The notes beneath the pieces were generated by a model. The model made no database searches and was not told the DNA's origin. It was given only the letters and a program-made list of their open reading frames with translations. From assembly GCA_963816355.1 (NCBI GenBank), contig CAWFKH010000005.1, positions 160,001 through 224,000 on the forward strand: DNA of 64,000 nt, read 5' to 3'. Below are positions 10,117 through 18,592 of this stretch, in pieces. The translations under genes and the position numbers were made by a program. Source of the DNA: an uncultured Gemmatimonadales bacterium (GTDB taxonomy: Bacteria; Gemmatimonadota; Gemmatimonadetes; Longimicrobiales; RSA9). The number at the start of each line of letters is the position of its first letter. The stretch's first letter is position 1.

Positions 10117-10899
10117 TCACAGGAGCACGACCGCCCAGAAGGCGTCCAGGACCAGGATCAGCATGCTGCTCACCACCACCGCCTGGGTCGTCGAGCGGCC
10201 CACCGCCTCCGCGCCGCCCATCGTGGTAAACCCGTAGTAGCTGCCGATCAGCGTGACCGCCACGCCGAAGGAGCCCGCCTTGATCAGCGAGAACGTCACG
10301 TCGAACGGCTTGAAGAAGAGGCGCAGTCCGCGCACGAACTCGGCGGTCGACAGGTCGAGCAGGTTCAGCGACGTGATCCAGCCGGCGACGATCCCCACGC
10401 CGTTCGCGAAGATCACGATCACCGGGAACATCACCAGGCCGGCGAGCACGCGCGGCACCGTGAGGTAGGAGAGCGGGTCGTAGGCGAGCGTCTCGAGCGC
10501 GTCGATCTGCTCCGTCACCCGCATCGTGCCGATCTCCGCCGCGATGTTCGCCCCCACGCGGCCCGCCAGCGCCAGCCCCGTCAGCACCGGACCGAGTTCG
10601 AGGATCATCGTCTTGCCGGTGAGCGTGCCGACGAAGTAGAGCGGGATCGCGCCGGTGAAGGTGTAGGACGCCTGCAGCGCGAGCACGATCCCGGTGAAGC
10701 CGGCGATGAAGATGGCGATCGGCAGCGAGTCGACGCCGATCCGCGCGAGCTGGACGAGGAAGAGCCGCCCCCACGTCGCCGTGTCGCGCAGCGCGCCGGC
10801 GCTCTCGGTCACGTAGTGGCCGAAGCGGCCGAAGCCGGCGACCGCGTCCGTGGCTGCCCGGCCGATTGCGGCGAGCGGCGTCGTCACCCATTCCAGCAT
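10117..10899 (-). CDS. mlaE: MlaE-type ABC permease
   Basis: ELGPVLTGLALAGRVGANIAAEIGTMRVTEQIDAL signature; start at ATG 10899. Confidence 0.93.
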   Translation of the reverse strand: MLEWVTTPLAAIGRAATDAVAGFGRFGHYVTESAGALRDTATWGRLFLVQLARIGVDSLPIAIFIAGFTGIVLALQASYTFTGAIPLYFVGTLTGKTMILELGPVLTGLALAGRVGANIAAEIGTMRVTEQIDALETLAYDPLSYLTVPRVLAGLVMFPVIVIFANGVGIVAGWITSLNLLDLSTAEFVRGLRLFFKPFDVTFSLIKAGSFGVAVTLIGSYYGFTTMGGAEAVGRSTTQAVVVSSMLILVLDAFWAVVLL

Positions 10900-10925
10900 C
10901 CGCTCAAGATAGGCCGGCCGCGCCC

Positions 10926-11747
10926 TCAGTGTCCACGGGGCGTCCAACGCGGCCGCGGAGCGCACGGAACCTCGCCCAGACGATGCGCGAGCTCGTAGAA
11001 GCGGCCCAATCCCTGCAGCGCGCGCTCGTCCAGACGGTACTGGAGCTGCCGCCAGTAGTCGAGTAGCACCTCCGGCGGCAGGCGGAATTCGGCGGCGTGA
11101 CGGTCGGCGAGATCCGCCGCGTTCGCCTCGAAGTAGTCGAGCGAGCGCAGGAGGCGCGCGTGGAGGCCGGCCAGCTCCGCGTCGCGTTCGGGACCGAGCG
11201 GCGTCTGCCACACCGCGAAGACGAACGGCAGACCGGTCCACTCGCGCCACTCCGCGCCCAGGTCGAATCGCAGCACGTCGCGCCGCGGGCGGCGCAGGGC
11301 GACGTCGCCGATCCACAGAGCGGCGGCCGCTCCGGCGGCGATCGGATCGGCGGCGTCCGACTGCTCGAAGGCGTGGTAGCGCGGCCGCGCGCCGGTGCGC
11401 AGCTCGAGCAGGATTCGCAACAGCACGACGGATGTGGCCGACGCCGTCGGCAGCGCGACGTCGGCACCCGTGAGGCGCGCGGGGTCGCGCGTCGTCTCGA
11501 ACAGGATACTGCGGACCGGCCCGTCGGCGGCGATGGTGACGTCGGGCACGATGCGGTAGCGGTCGGCGTGCCGCGCGAACTCGATGCTCGACGACGGCGC
11601 CACGTCGATCTCGCCGGCGGCGAGCAGCGCGTTCAACGCGGAGGGGATGCCGCGCCGGATGTCGATCTCCGGCGCCTCTTCGCGGTCGAGCAGCGCGGCG
11701 TGAACCGGGAAGCAGTTACTGTACTCGATGTGACCGAGGCGGATCAT
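10926..11747 (-). CDS. mqnA: Chorismate dehydratase MqnA (futalosine menaquinone pathway)
   Basis: IRLGHIEYSNCFP, GPVRSI, SATSVVL, IGDVAL, DLGAEWREWTGLPFVFAVW. Confidence 0.88.
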   Translation of the reverse strand: MIRLGHIEYSNCFPVHAALLDREEAPEIDIRRGIPSALNALLAAGEIDVAPSSSIEFARHADRYRIVPDVTIAADGPVRSILFETTRDPARLTGADVALPTASATSVVLLRILLELRTGARPRYHAFEQSDAADPIAAGAAAALWIGDVALRRPRRDVLRFDLGAEWREWTGLPFVFAVWQTPLGPERDAELAGLHARLLRSLDYFEANAADLADRHAAEFRLPPEVLLDYWRQLQYRLDERALQGLGRFYELAHRLGEVPCAPRPRWTPRGH

Positions 11748-11771
11748 GCGTTTCGCGATGGCCGGAGGACC

Positions 11772-12749
11772 ATGAAGAGCGGCGCGGGCGGGCCTCGCGT
11801 GTGGACCGGTGCGGCGCTCCTCGCCGTGCTCGTCGGCACGTGCGCGGTGATCTTCTTCCTCGATTCGATCGAGCGCAAGTTCGTCGACCGCTTCACCGTG
11901 GTCGCGGTGCTCCCGGGCGAACAGGCCATACTGCCCGGAACGCCGGTGTGGCTGGGCGGCAAGGAGGTCGGCCGCGTGTCCGCCGTGCGCCTGCTTCCCG
12001 TCTCCAGCGACACGCTCACCCGCGTCGCCGCCCTGCTCGAGCTGCCCACGCGCGTGCGGCCGTATCTGCGGCGCGATTCCGGGCTGCGGACGACGACGCT
12101 GAACCCGCTCAGCGGCCCGGTGCTCGCGATCTCGCCCGGCAGCCCGGCGGCGCCTCCGCTCTCCGCTGGCGACACGCTGCGGACGCGCGCCGCCGCGAGC
12201 ACAACTGATTTGATCGCGCGCGTGAGCGGGGTCTACGCCTCGTTCGACTCCCTGCGCCGCGAGCTCGAGCCGGTCGCGGGCCGCGCCCGCTCGCGCGCGC
12301 TCGCGCTGCGCCGCCTGTCCGCTTCGGTCGACGACGCGCACGGCGCCTTCGCGCAGCTGCGCGGCGCGCTCGACGGCGGCACGGTCGGCGCCATGCTGCG
12401 CGACACGGCGCTGAGCGCCGGAACGCGGCGGGCGCGCGCCGACCTCGCCGCGCTCTCGGCGGCCATGCGCGAGCGCGCCGCCCGCTTCGAGGCGCTGTTG
12501 CCACGGGCCGCGGCCGAGTCGGGAACGCAGCGCGCCGCCGGCGATTCGCTGGCGGGCGACGTCGCCGGGAGGCTCCGCACGCTCGCCGCGCGGCTCGACT
12601 CGCTACGCGCCGGCTTCAGCGCCGCCGACGGAACGCTTCCGCGCCTGGCTCGTGACAGCGCCCTCGCCGTGGCGCTCACCGGCGTGCGCGCCGCGCTCGA
12701 CTCGCTCGTCGCGGACGCGAAGCGGCATCCGCTGCGTTACGTGTTCTGA
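11772..12749 (+). CDS. Second MCE/MlaD family protein
   Basis: N-terminal TM, GTPVWLGGKEVGRV MCE motif, C-terminus HPLRYVF; GGAGG SD before ATG 11772. Confidence 0.85.
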   Translation: MKSGAGGPRVWTGAALLAVLVGTCAVIFFLDSIERKFVDRFTVVAVLPGEQAILPGTPVWLGGKEVGRVSAVRLLPVSSDTLTRVAALLELPTRVRPYLRRDSGLRTTTLNPLSGPVLAISPGSPAAPPLSAGDTLRTRAAASTTDLIARVSGVYASFDSLRRELEPVAGRARSRALALRRLSASVDDAHGAFAQLRGALDGGTVGAMLRDTALSAGTRRARADLAALSAAMRERAARFEALLPRAAAESGTQRAAGDSLAGDVAGRLRTLAARLDSLRAGFSAADGTLPRLARDSALAVALTGVRAALDSLVADAKRHPLRYVF

Positions 12750-12775
12750 GGGTGGATCGGAGGAGCGCGGGCGGG

Positions 12776-13120
12776 TCAGGCGGAGGGATCGCTGTCGATC
12801 GTGAAGACGATGGTGGCGTCGTCGGCGGGCCTGCCGGGCAGCACGGTCTCCACGATCACGCGCCGCACGACGCGGCGCGGGTCGCGCACGAGGAGCTCGA
12901 TGTCGAGGCCCTGCTCGGACGAGGAAAGGCGCGTGCGCACGCTGCGGCCCGGCTTCTCCTCCCGCTCGCCGGGATTGCGGAAGAGCGTCTTCGTCGACTG
13001 CCGGCCGCTCTCGAGCGAGCGCGTGACCTTCACCTGCCGCAGCCAGTCCGGCTGATAGCCGACCGTGTAGGTGTGGCCCCGCTGGTCGGAACCGGTACCC
13101 TCTCGATTGTGGCGCGCCAT
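12776..13120 (-). CDS. Hypothetical protein (114 aa)
   Basis: GGAGG SD, host-like codon usage, fills the gap between mlaD2 and rho. Confidence 0.75.
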   Translation of the reverse strand: MARHNREGTGSDQRGHTYTVGYQPDWLRQVKVTRSLESGRQSTKTLFRNPGEREEKPGRSVRTRLSSSEQGLDIELLVRDPRRVVRRVIVETVLPGRPADDATIVFTIDSDPSA

Positions 13121-13195
13121 GCATGCCTCCGAAGACGGCTGTGCCAGGGGGACGTATCTTCGGCGAGCGGCGTCGGGCTGTCAACCGCAGATCCC

Positions 13196-13224
13196 TTGAC
13201 CGGCGCCGGGGCGCGTGGTAAACT
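13196..13224 (+). promoter_or_regulatory. rho promoter TTGACC-N17-TAAACT with extended -10 TG
   Basis: Near-consensus hexamers, 17-bp spacer, about 165 nt upstream of rho. Confidence 0.65.
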
Positions 13225-13389
13225 AGCGCCATCATCCACAGCTCAACCTCCCCGACGACTGGTTGAGGCGCGGTCCCCGCGCCGGTCCGATCCGCACCTA
13301 CCTTTCCTGATCCGACCGATCGACAGCAATCCCCCGACGGCGCGACGGCCTGACTGAGCGAACACCATGACCCACCTACGGAGTGTCCC

Positions 13390-14640
13390 GTGGACATAGC
13401 CGAGCTGAAGAGCAAATCCATCGCCGAGCTGCACGAGATGGCGGAAGAGCTCAACATCTCGAACTACTCGGGCCTGCGAAAGCAGGACCTGATCTTCCGC
13501 ATCGAGCAGAACCTCCTGGACAGCGATGTCGTGCTGCGCGGGGAGGGCGTGCTGGAGATCCTGCCGGAGGGATACGGCTTCCTCCGCTCGCAGGACTGGA
13601 ACTACCTGTACGGCCCCGACGACATCTACGTGAGCCCATCGCAGATCAAGCGCTTCGACCTGCGCACTGGCGACACGGTGTTGGGGCAGGTGCGGCCGCC
13701 GAAGGATGGCGAGCGCTATCTGGCGCTGCTGAAGGTCGAGTCGGTGAACGGCGACGAGCCGGACCGCGCCAAGCACCGGATCGCCTTCGACAACCTGCGT
13801 CCGCGCTACCCCGAGGAGCGCATCAAGCTGGAGACGGAGGACGGCGACCTCTCGATGCGCCTGATGGACCTCGTCTCGCCTTTCGGCAAGGGACAGCGCG
13901 GGCTGATCGTCTCGCCGCCGAAGGCCGGAAAGACGACGATCCTGCAGAAGATCGCCAATTCGATCATCGAGAACCATCCGGAGATCCACCTGATCGTGCT
14001 GCTGATCGACGAGCGGCCCGAAGAGGTAACGGACATGGAGGAGCACGTCTCGGCCGAGGTGATCTCCTCCACGTTCGACGAGCCTGCCGACCGCCACACG
14101 CAGGTGGCGGAGATGGTGATCGAGAAGGCGAAGCGGCTCGTCGAGCACGGCCGCGACGTCGTCATCCTGCTCGACTCGATCACCCGCCTCGCCCGTGCCT
14201 ACAACGTGACCGTCCCCCACTCCGGCAAGATCCTGTCGGGCGGCGTCGATGCACACGCGCTGCACAAGCCGAAGCGCTTCTTCGGAGCCGCCCGCAACAT
14301 CGACAGCGGCGGATCGCTGACGATCATCGCGACGGCGCTGATCGAGACCGGCTCGCGAATGGACGAGGTGATCTTCGAGGAGTTCAAAGGGACCGGCAAC
14401 GCGGAAGTCGTGCTCGACCGCCACATCGCGGACAAGCGCGTCTATCCGGCCATCGACATCAACCGGTCCGGCACGCGCAAGGAGGAGCTGCTCCTCGACG
14501 AGGCGGAGCTCAACCGCGTCTACCTGCTGCGCAACTTCCTGAGCGACATGCCTCCCGCCGAAGCGCTCGAGTTCCTGCTCGACCGCATGCGTCGCACGAA
14601 GAGCAACAAGGAGTTCCTCGACAGCATGGCGAAAGGCTGA
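13390..14640 (+). CDS. rho: Transcription termination factor Rho
   Basis: [48 protein letters not shown]. Confidence 0.99.
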   Translation: MDIAELKSKSIAELHEMAEELNISNYSGLRKQDLIFRIEQNLLDSDVVLRGEGVLEILPEGYGFLRSQDWNYLYGPDDIYVSPSQIKRFDLRTGDTVLGQVRPPKDGERYLALLKVESVNGDEPDRAKHRIAFDNLRPRYPEERIKLETEDGDLSMRLMDLVSPFGKGQRGLIVSPPKAGKTTILQKIANSIIENHPEIHLIVLLIDERPEEVTDMEEHVSAEVISSTFDEPADRHTQVAEMVIEKAKRLVEHGRDVVILLDSITRLARAYNVTVPHSGKILSGGVDAHALHKPKRFFGAARNIDSGGSLTIIATALIETGSRMDEVIFEEFKGTGNAEVVLDRHIADKRVYPAIDINRSGTRKEELLLDEAELNRVYLLRNFLSDMPPAEALEFLLDRMRRTKSNKEFLDSMAKG

Positions 14641-14658
14641 GCATCGCGGAAGGACCAG

Positions 14659-15168
14659 CTAGCGACCGCCGAGATTCCCTCGCACCAGCAGCTCGACGCT
14701 CGCGCGCTGCGGACCGGACAGGTCCGCGGGCGCGGCGAGCACGAAGGCGGGTAGCGCCGCGTCCCGCGGCACGAAGATCCGCAGCTCCCGTCCGGCTCCA
14801 CCGGCCGCGTCGGCCCCCGTCGCGCTCGACGGACCGACCGATTCCGCCCTGCCGCTTTCGTCGATGACGAAGTAGCTGCCGCCGCCCGCGAGCTCGGCGA
14901 TGCGGTGGCCGTAGGCGAGCCATTCCGCGAGGGGCTCGGCGCCCTGGTCGGCGATGCGCGGGACGAGCACCTCGGAGTAGTGGCGGAGCGCGTCGGCGAA
15001 CGCGTCCGGCCGCGCGACCTTGAACGCCTTCAACGCCGTGCGGTACGCGTCGCGCGGGTCCTGCACGCCGGCCGTGGCGAGGGTGTCCGCCAGACGCGCC
15101 GCGGCGCGCTCGGACGCTGCGCCGGCACCGGGATCGGCGGCGGGAGGGGTCGCTCGGGGATCGCTCAT
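14659..15168 (-). CDS. Hypothetical protein (169 aa)
   Basis: Protein-like composition and host codon usage; fills the intergenic gap. Confidence 0.75.
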   Translation of the reverse strand: MSDPRATPPAADPGAGAASERAAARLADTLATAGVQDPRDAYRTALKAFKVARPDAFADALRHYSEVLVPRIADQGAEPLAEWLAYGHRIAELAGGGSYFVIDESGRAESVGPSSATGADAAGGAGRELRIFVPRDAALPAFVLAAPADLSGPQRASVELLVRGNLGGR

Positions 15169-15292
15169 GCGCCGAGAATGGGCGCGGGCGGCGGGCGAAG
15201 CAAGGGCGGCGGCCGGGCGGCGGCGAGAACCACTTCCCCGCGGCGCGGCTCCGCGCTAACTTGCCATCCCGTTCCCCGTTCCGCAGAGAGCC

Positions 15293-15841
15293 ATGTCCCC
15301 TCGAAGCCCGTTTCCGACGCACGCGCACACCACCGGCTCGGGCGCCAACGGCGTGATCGACATGGGCTGGGAGATGTTCGGGGAGCTCTGCCGCGCGCTC
15401 GCCCTCAAGGTTTCGCGCAGCGGATACCAGCCGGAGCTGGTGGTCGGCATCGCGAAGGCCGGCGTGATTCCCGGGGCGGTCGTCGCATCCATGCTGCGCT
15501 GCGACTTCTTCTCGATGAAGATCAGCCGCAGGGCCGGCATGGAGAAGGTCCGCGACAAGCCGAAGATCCTCTCGGCGGCGCCGCGTCAGGTGGCGGGACG
15601 GCGCGTCCTGATCGTGGACGAGATCTGCACGACCGGAGAGACGCTGCGCATGGCGCTGGCCGCGGTGCGCAACGTGAACCCGACGGAAGTACGCACGGCG
15701 GTGAGCTTCATCCGCCTGGGCGGCTATCAGCCGGACTACTTCGCGCTGCAGACGGACGACACGATCGTCTTCCCGTGGGACCGCCAGGTCCTCGACGAGG
15801 GGGCGCTCACCGAGAATCCGGGGTACGCGGGTCTCCTGTAG
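15293..15841 (+). CDS. Type I phosphoribosyltransferase (purine PRT-like)
   Basis: PRPP-binding motif VLIVDEICTTGETL; IVFPWD near the C-terminus. Confidence 0.9.
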   Translation: MSPRSPFPTHAHTTGSGANGVIDMGWEMFGELCRALALKVSRSGYQPELVVGIAKAGVIPGAVVASMLRCDFFSMKISRRAGMEKVRDKPKILSAAPRQVAGRRVLIVDEICTTGETLRMALAAVRNVNPTEVRTAVSFIRLGGYQPDYFALQTDDTIVFPWDRQVLDEGALTENPGYAGLL

Positions 15842-15874
15842 GCCGCGCGAGTTGATGCATCGCGCCGGCGCACT

Positions 15875-17110
15875 GTGCGCCGCGTGAGCACACGCCGTCG
15901 GATCGTCGCGGCCTTCGCGGTCGCGTGCGTCGCCACGGCGGGCTGCCGGGCGGACCACCCTCCCGCGACGCGCGGCGACGGCGGCACGGAGGCGACGGCG
16001 CCAGCGGGATCACGCGCCCGCTCGGCCGCGACGGAGCGCCCGCCCGATCGCACCGACACGCTCCGCATCGAGGGAATGGCGGAGCCGCTGCGCGTCCACC
16101 TCTACCGCCCGCCCCCCGAGGCCCCGATCGCATTCACCACCTACATCCCGGCGGACATGATCGTGACGGGCGCGGCGTCCGGCGCGGGCTACGAGGTCGG
16201 CGTCGTCGCCGATTTCGCGGGGAAGCCGGAGCCGCGCGCCCGGTTGGTGGTGGTGTTCCTTCCGGCGGGGTCCGACGCGGATGCGCGCGCCGCCTTCCGC
16301 GCGGACGTCGCCAGGCTCCGCGGCGCGGGCGCGGCGGAGGCGGGCGCGACGTACGCCGGATCCTCTGCCGGCGCGGATCCGGCGCGGCTCCCGTGGGCGC
16401 TCGAAGCCCGGCGGATCGACCGCGACTGTCCCGGCGCCCGGTGCATGCTGGGGCTGGCGGCGCTCGCCTCGCACGCGGGGCGCTTCTTCGAGGTGATCTG
16501 GCAATATCCGGCGGAATACGCGGACGGCATGGCGCCGCGCATCGACCTCATGCTTCGCGAGTGGCGCTGGAGCGAGGGTGGCGGGGGCCTGGTGGCCGAG
16601 TCCTACCGCTCGCCGCCGGGCTTCCCCATCCCGTTCGCGACGGAAGTGCCGGTGGGCACGCGAGCGAGCGTCGACGAAGGCGGCGGCCCCGGCGCCGGGC
16701 TGCGGTTCGACCTTCCCGGCGACGACACGTACGTGAACGTCTTCGTCTTCCCGCTCGGCACGCCGCGGGAGGTGGCGGAGGCACAGGCGGAAGGATTCGT
16801 CTCCGACCTCGGCACGCCGGTGAGTCGTGGCCTCGGCGACACGAAGGCGGAGCCGGACGCGAGGCTGTCGTGGAGCGTGGAACAGGTGCCGTTCCGCTAC
16901 GGCGCCGCCGCTGGTCAGACGTTCGACGGGGCCGTGCTCGTGGTGGCCCACGGGGGCCGCTTCCTCGACCTCACCATCCACGGTCCGTCGCCGCGATCGC
17001 GCTGGTGGGGGCGCATCGAGCCGTTTCTGCGACGGTGGCGCTGGGCGGACGGCGAGCCTCTGACGCGGCGGCAGGACCTCCTCAGCGGCGCGCCAACGCC
17101 GCAGCCGTGA
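15875..17110 (+). CDS. Hypothetical lipoprotein with a tandemly duplicated domain
   Basis: Lipobox ATAGC. Two similar halves each begin YRxPPxxPIxFxT and end xRIxxxLRxWRWxxG. Confidence 0.78.
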   Translation: MRRVSTRRRIVAAFAVACVATAGCRADHPPATRGDGGTEATAPAGSRARSAATERPPDRTDTLRIEGMAEPLRVHLYRPPPEAPIAFTTYIPADMIVTGAASGAGYEVGVVADFAGKPEPRARLVVVFLPAGSDADARAAFRADVARLRGAGAAEAGATYAGSSAGADPARLPWALEARRIDRDCPGARCMLGLAALASHAGRFFEVIWQYPAEYADGMAPRIDLMLREWRWSEGGGGLVAESYRSPPGFPIPFATEVPVGTRASVDEGGGPGAGLRFDLPGDDTYVNVFVFPLGTPREVAEAQAEGFVSDLGTPVSRGLGDTKAEPDARLSWSVEQVPFRYGAAAGQTFDGAVLVVAHGGRFLDLTIHGPSPRSRWWGRIEPFLRRWRWADGEPLTRRQDLLSGAPTPQP

Positions 17111-17906
17111 CGCTCGAGGCCAGGACCACCTCGGTCGACCCCAGCACCCTCGGCTGCCCCAGCACGATCGCCTCCGCCGACACGCTCGCCCGCTCGCCGC
17201 TCAGGTCCCAGAAGCCGAGGAAGTCGCGCAAGCCGGTGCCGACGACGACGCGCGCCACGCGATCACCGGCGCGCACGAACCCCACCGCCTCGCCGAGCCG
17301 CTCGCCCCGCGCGTTGATCACCGTCGCGCCGTCGTATGCGCCGTCCTTCACCAGCGCCCAAGCGGGGCCCGGCGGTCCGCCATCCGGTGCAGGCTCGCGC
17401 GGCCGCGCCGCGGACGCCGGCGACGGCCCACTCGCCTCGCCTCCGACGACGAGCCACGCCTCGAGGCGGGCCGCGTGCTCGGCCAGGCGCCGGCGCGCGG
17501 AGGCGGGATCGCCGTTCTGCACTTCGTGGCGCGCCCGGCGAACCGCCTCGAACGCGAGCGAGGCCGCCTCCTGGGCGCGGCCGCTCGTCGCGAACACGGC
17601 CACCTCTCCGGCGCGCAACGCCCGGTCGGCGGCGCGGACGCCCTCCGTGCGGCGTCCTCCGGCGAGGGCGCGGGCCGCCTCCGCCATCGAGTAGGCGAGT
17701 CCCTTCATCAGGGCGCGGACTGGCGCGCCGCCGGTAGAATCCGGGAGCTCCACGCGCCGCACCCGCGCGAGGTCCGGCGCGCCGCGCACGCCGGCGACGT
17801 GGGCGGCGCGCGCGTCGTCCGCATCCCGCCCCCCCGCGCAACCGGCGGCGGCGACGACGAGAAGCGCCAGCGCGATGGCGGCGCGCCGGGGCTCATCCCA
17901 TGCCAT
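17082..17906 (-). CDS. Lipoprotein with a C-terminal PRC-barrel-like domain
   Basis: Lipobox AAGC; GATVINARGERLGEA...VVVGTG..DFLG PRC-barrel pattern. Confidence 0.72.
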   Translation of the reverse strand: MAWDEPRRAAIALALLVVAAAGCAGGRDADDARAAHVAGVRGAPDLARVRRVELPDSTGGAPVRALMKGLAYSMAEAARALAGGRRTEGVRAADRALRAGEVAVFATSGRAQEAASLAFEAVRRARHEVQNGDPASARRRLAEHAARLEAWLVVGGEASGPSPASAARPREPAPDGGPPGPAWALVKDGAYDGATVINARGERLGEAVGFVRAGDRVARVVVGTGLRDFLGFWDLSGERASVSAEAIVLGQPRVLGSTEVVLASSVTAAALARR

Positions 17907-18591
17907 GTTTCCAGCCGATCTTCACGAGGAGCCAGTTCGTCGGATAGGTCGCGACGAAGCCGGCGAAGAGGCCGAGGAAGCCGAATCCCCAGAACGCGGC
18001 GGTGCTCGGATCCGGCTGCGCGCCCACGACGCGCGGCGTGACGAGCCCCATCACGGCGCCCATGCCTCCCATGACGGTGATCATGGAGAAGAACTCGGCC
18101 CGTCCGCCCTTCATCCAGGCGACGAACGGCCCGTCCCCCATGTTGCGGAACGACATGTACTGGAAGATGAACCAGCCGAAGGCGTAGCCGGCCGCGTACT
18201 CGAACCAGAACTCCTGCCAGAAGCTCAGGTTCGCGATCCTCGCCATCACCATCGCCGTCATGATGCCGAGGCCGTCGCCGCCCACGCAGTGGATCACCGG
18301 CCCCGTGACCTTGCGCAGCGGATTGGAGGTGTATTCCCGGTGCGCCTGCTTCGCCGCCTCGCCCTGCTTGCCGCCGATCCCCGGCGCGCGCGCGGAGAAG
18401 ACGTAGATCGCGAGGCCCAGGATGGAGAAGAAGAAGACGATGATCGGGAACGGCGCCTTCATCGCGCTCTTCATCTGGCGGTTGGCGTGGAGCGTGTCGT
18501 AGATCACCCACGCCGCCGCCGCGGCGCCGAACGCGTACCATCCGACGACGAACCACGGCTCGGCCAGGAACGCGAGCCAGCCCCAGTCCAT
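17893..18591 (-). CDS. DUF4396-like membrane protein
   Basis: HCVGGDGLG, EFFSMITVMGGM, FWG...GFVATYPTNWLLVKIGWKHGM. Confidence 0.85.
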   Translation of the reverse strand: MDWGWLAFLAEPWFVVGWYAFGAAAAAWVIYDTLHANRQMKSAMKAPFPIIVFFFSILGLAIYVFSARAPGIGGKQGEAAKQAHREYTSNPLRKVTGPVIHCVGGDGLGIMTAMVMARIANLSFWQEFWFEYAAGYAFGWFIFQYMSFRNMGDGPFVAWMKGGRAEFFSMITVMGGMGAVMGLVTPRVVGAQPDPSTAAFWGFGFLGLFAGFVATYPTNWLLVKIGWKHGMG

Positions 18592-18592
18592 C

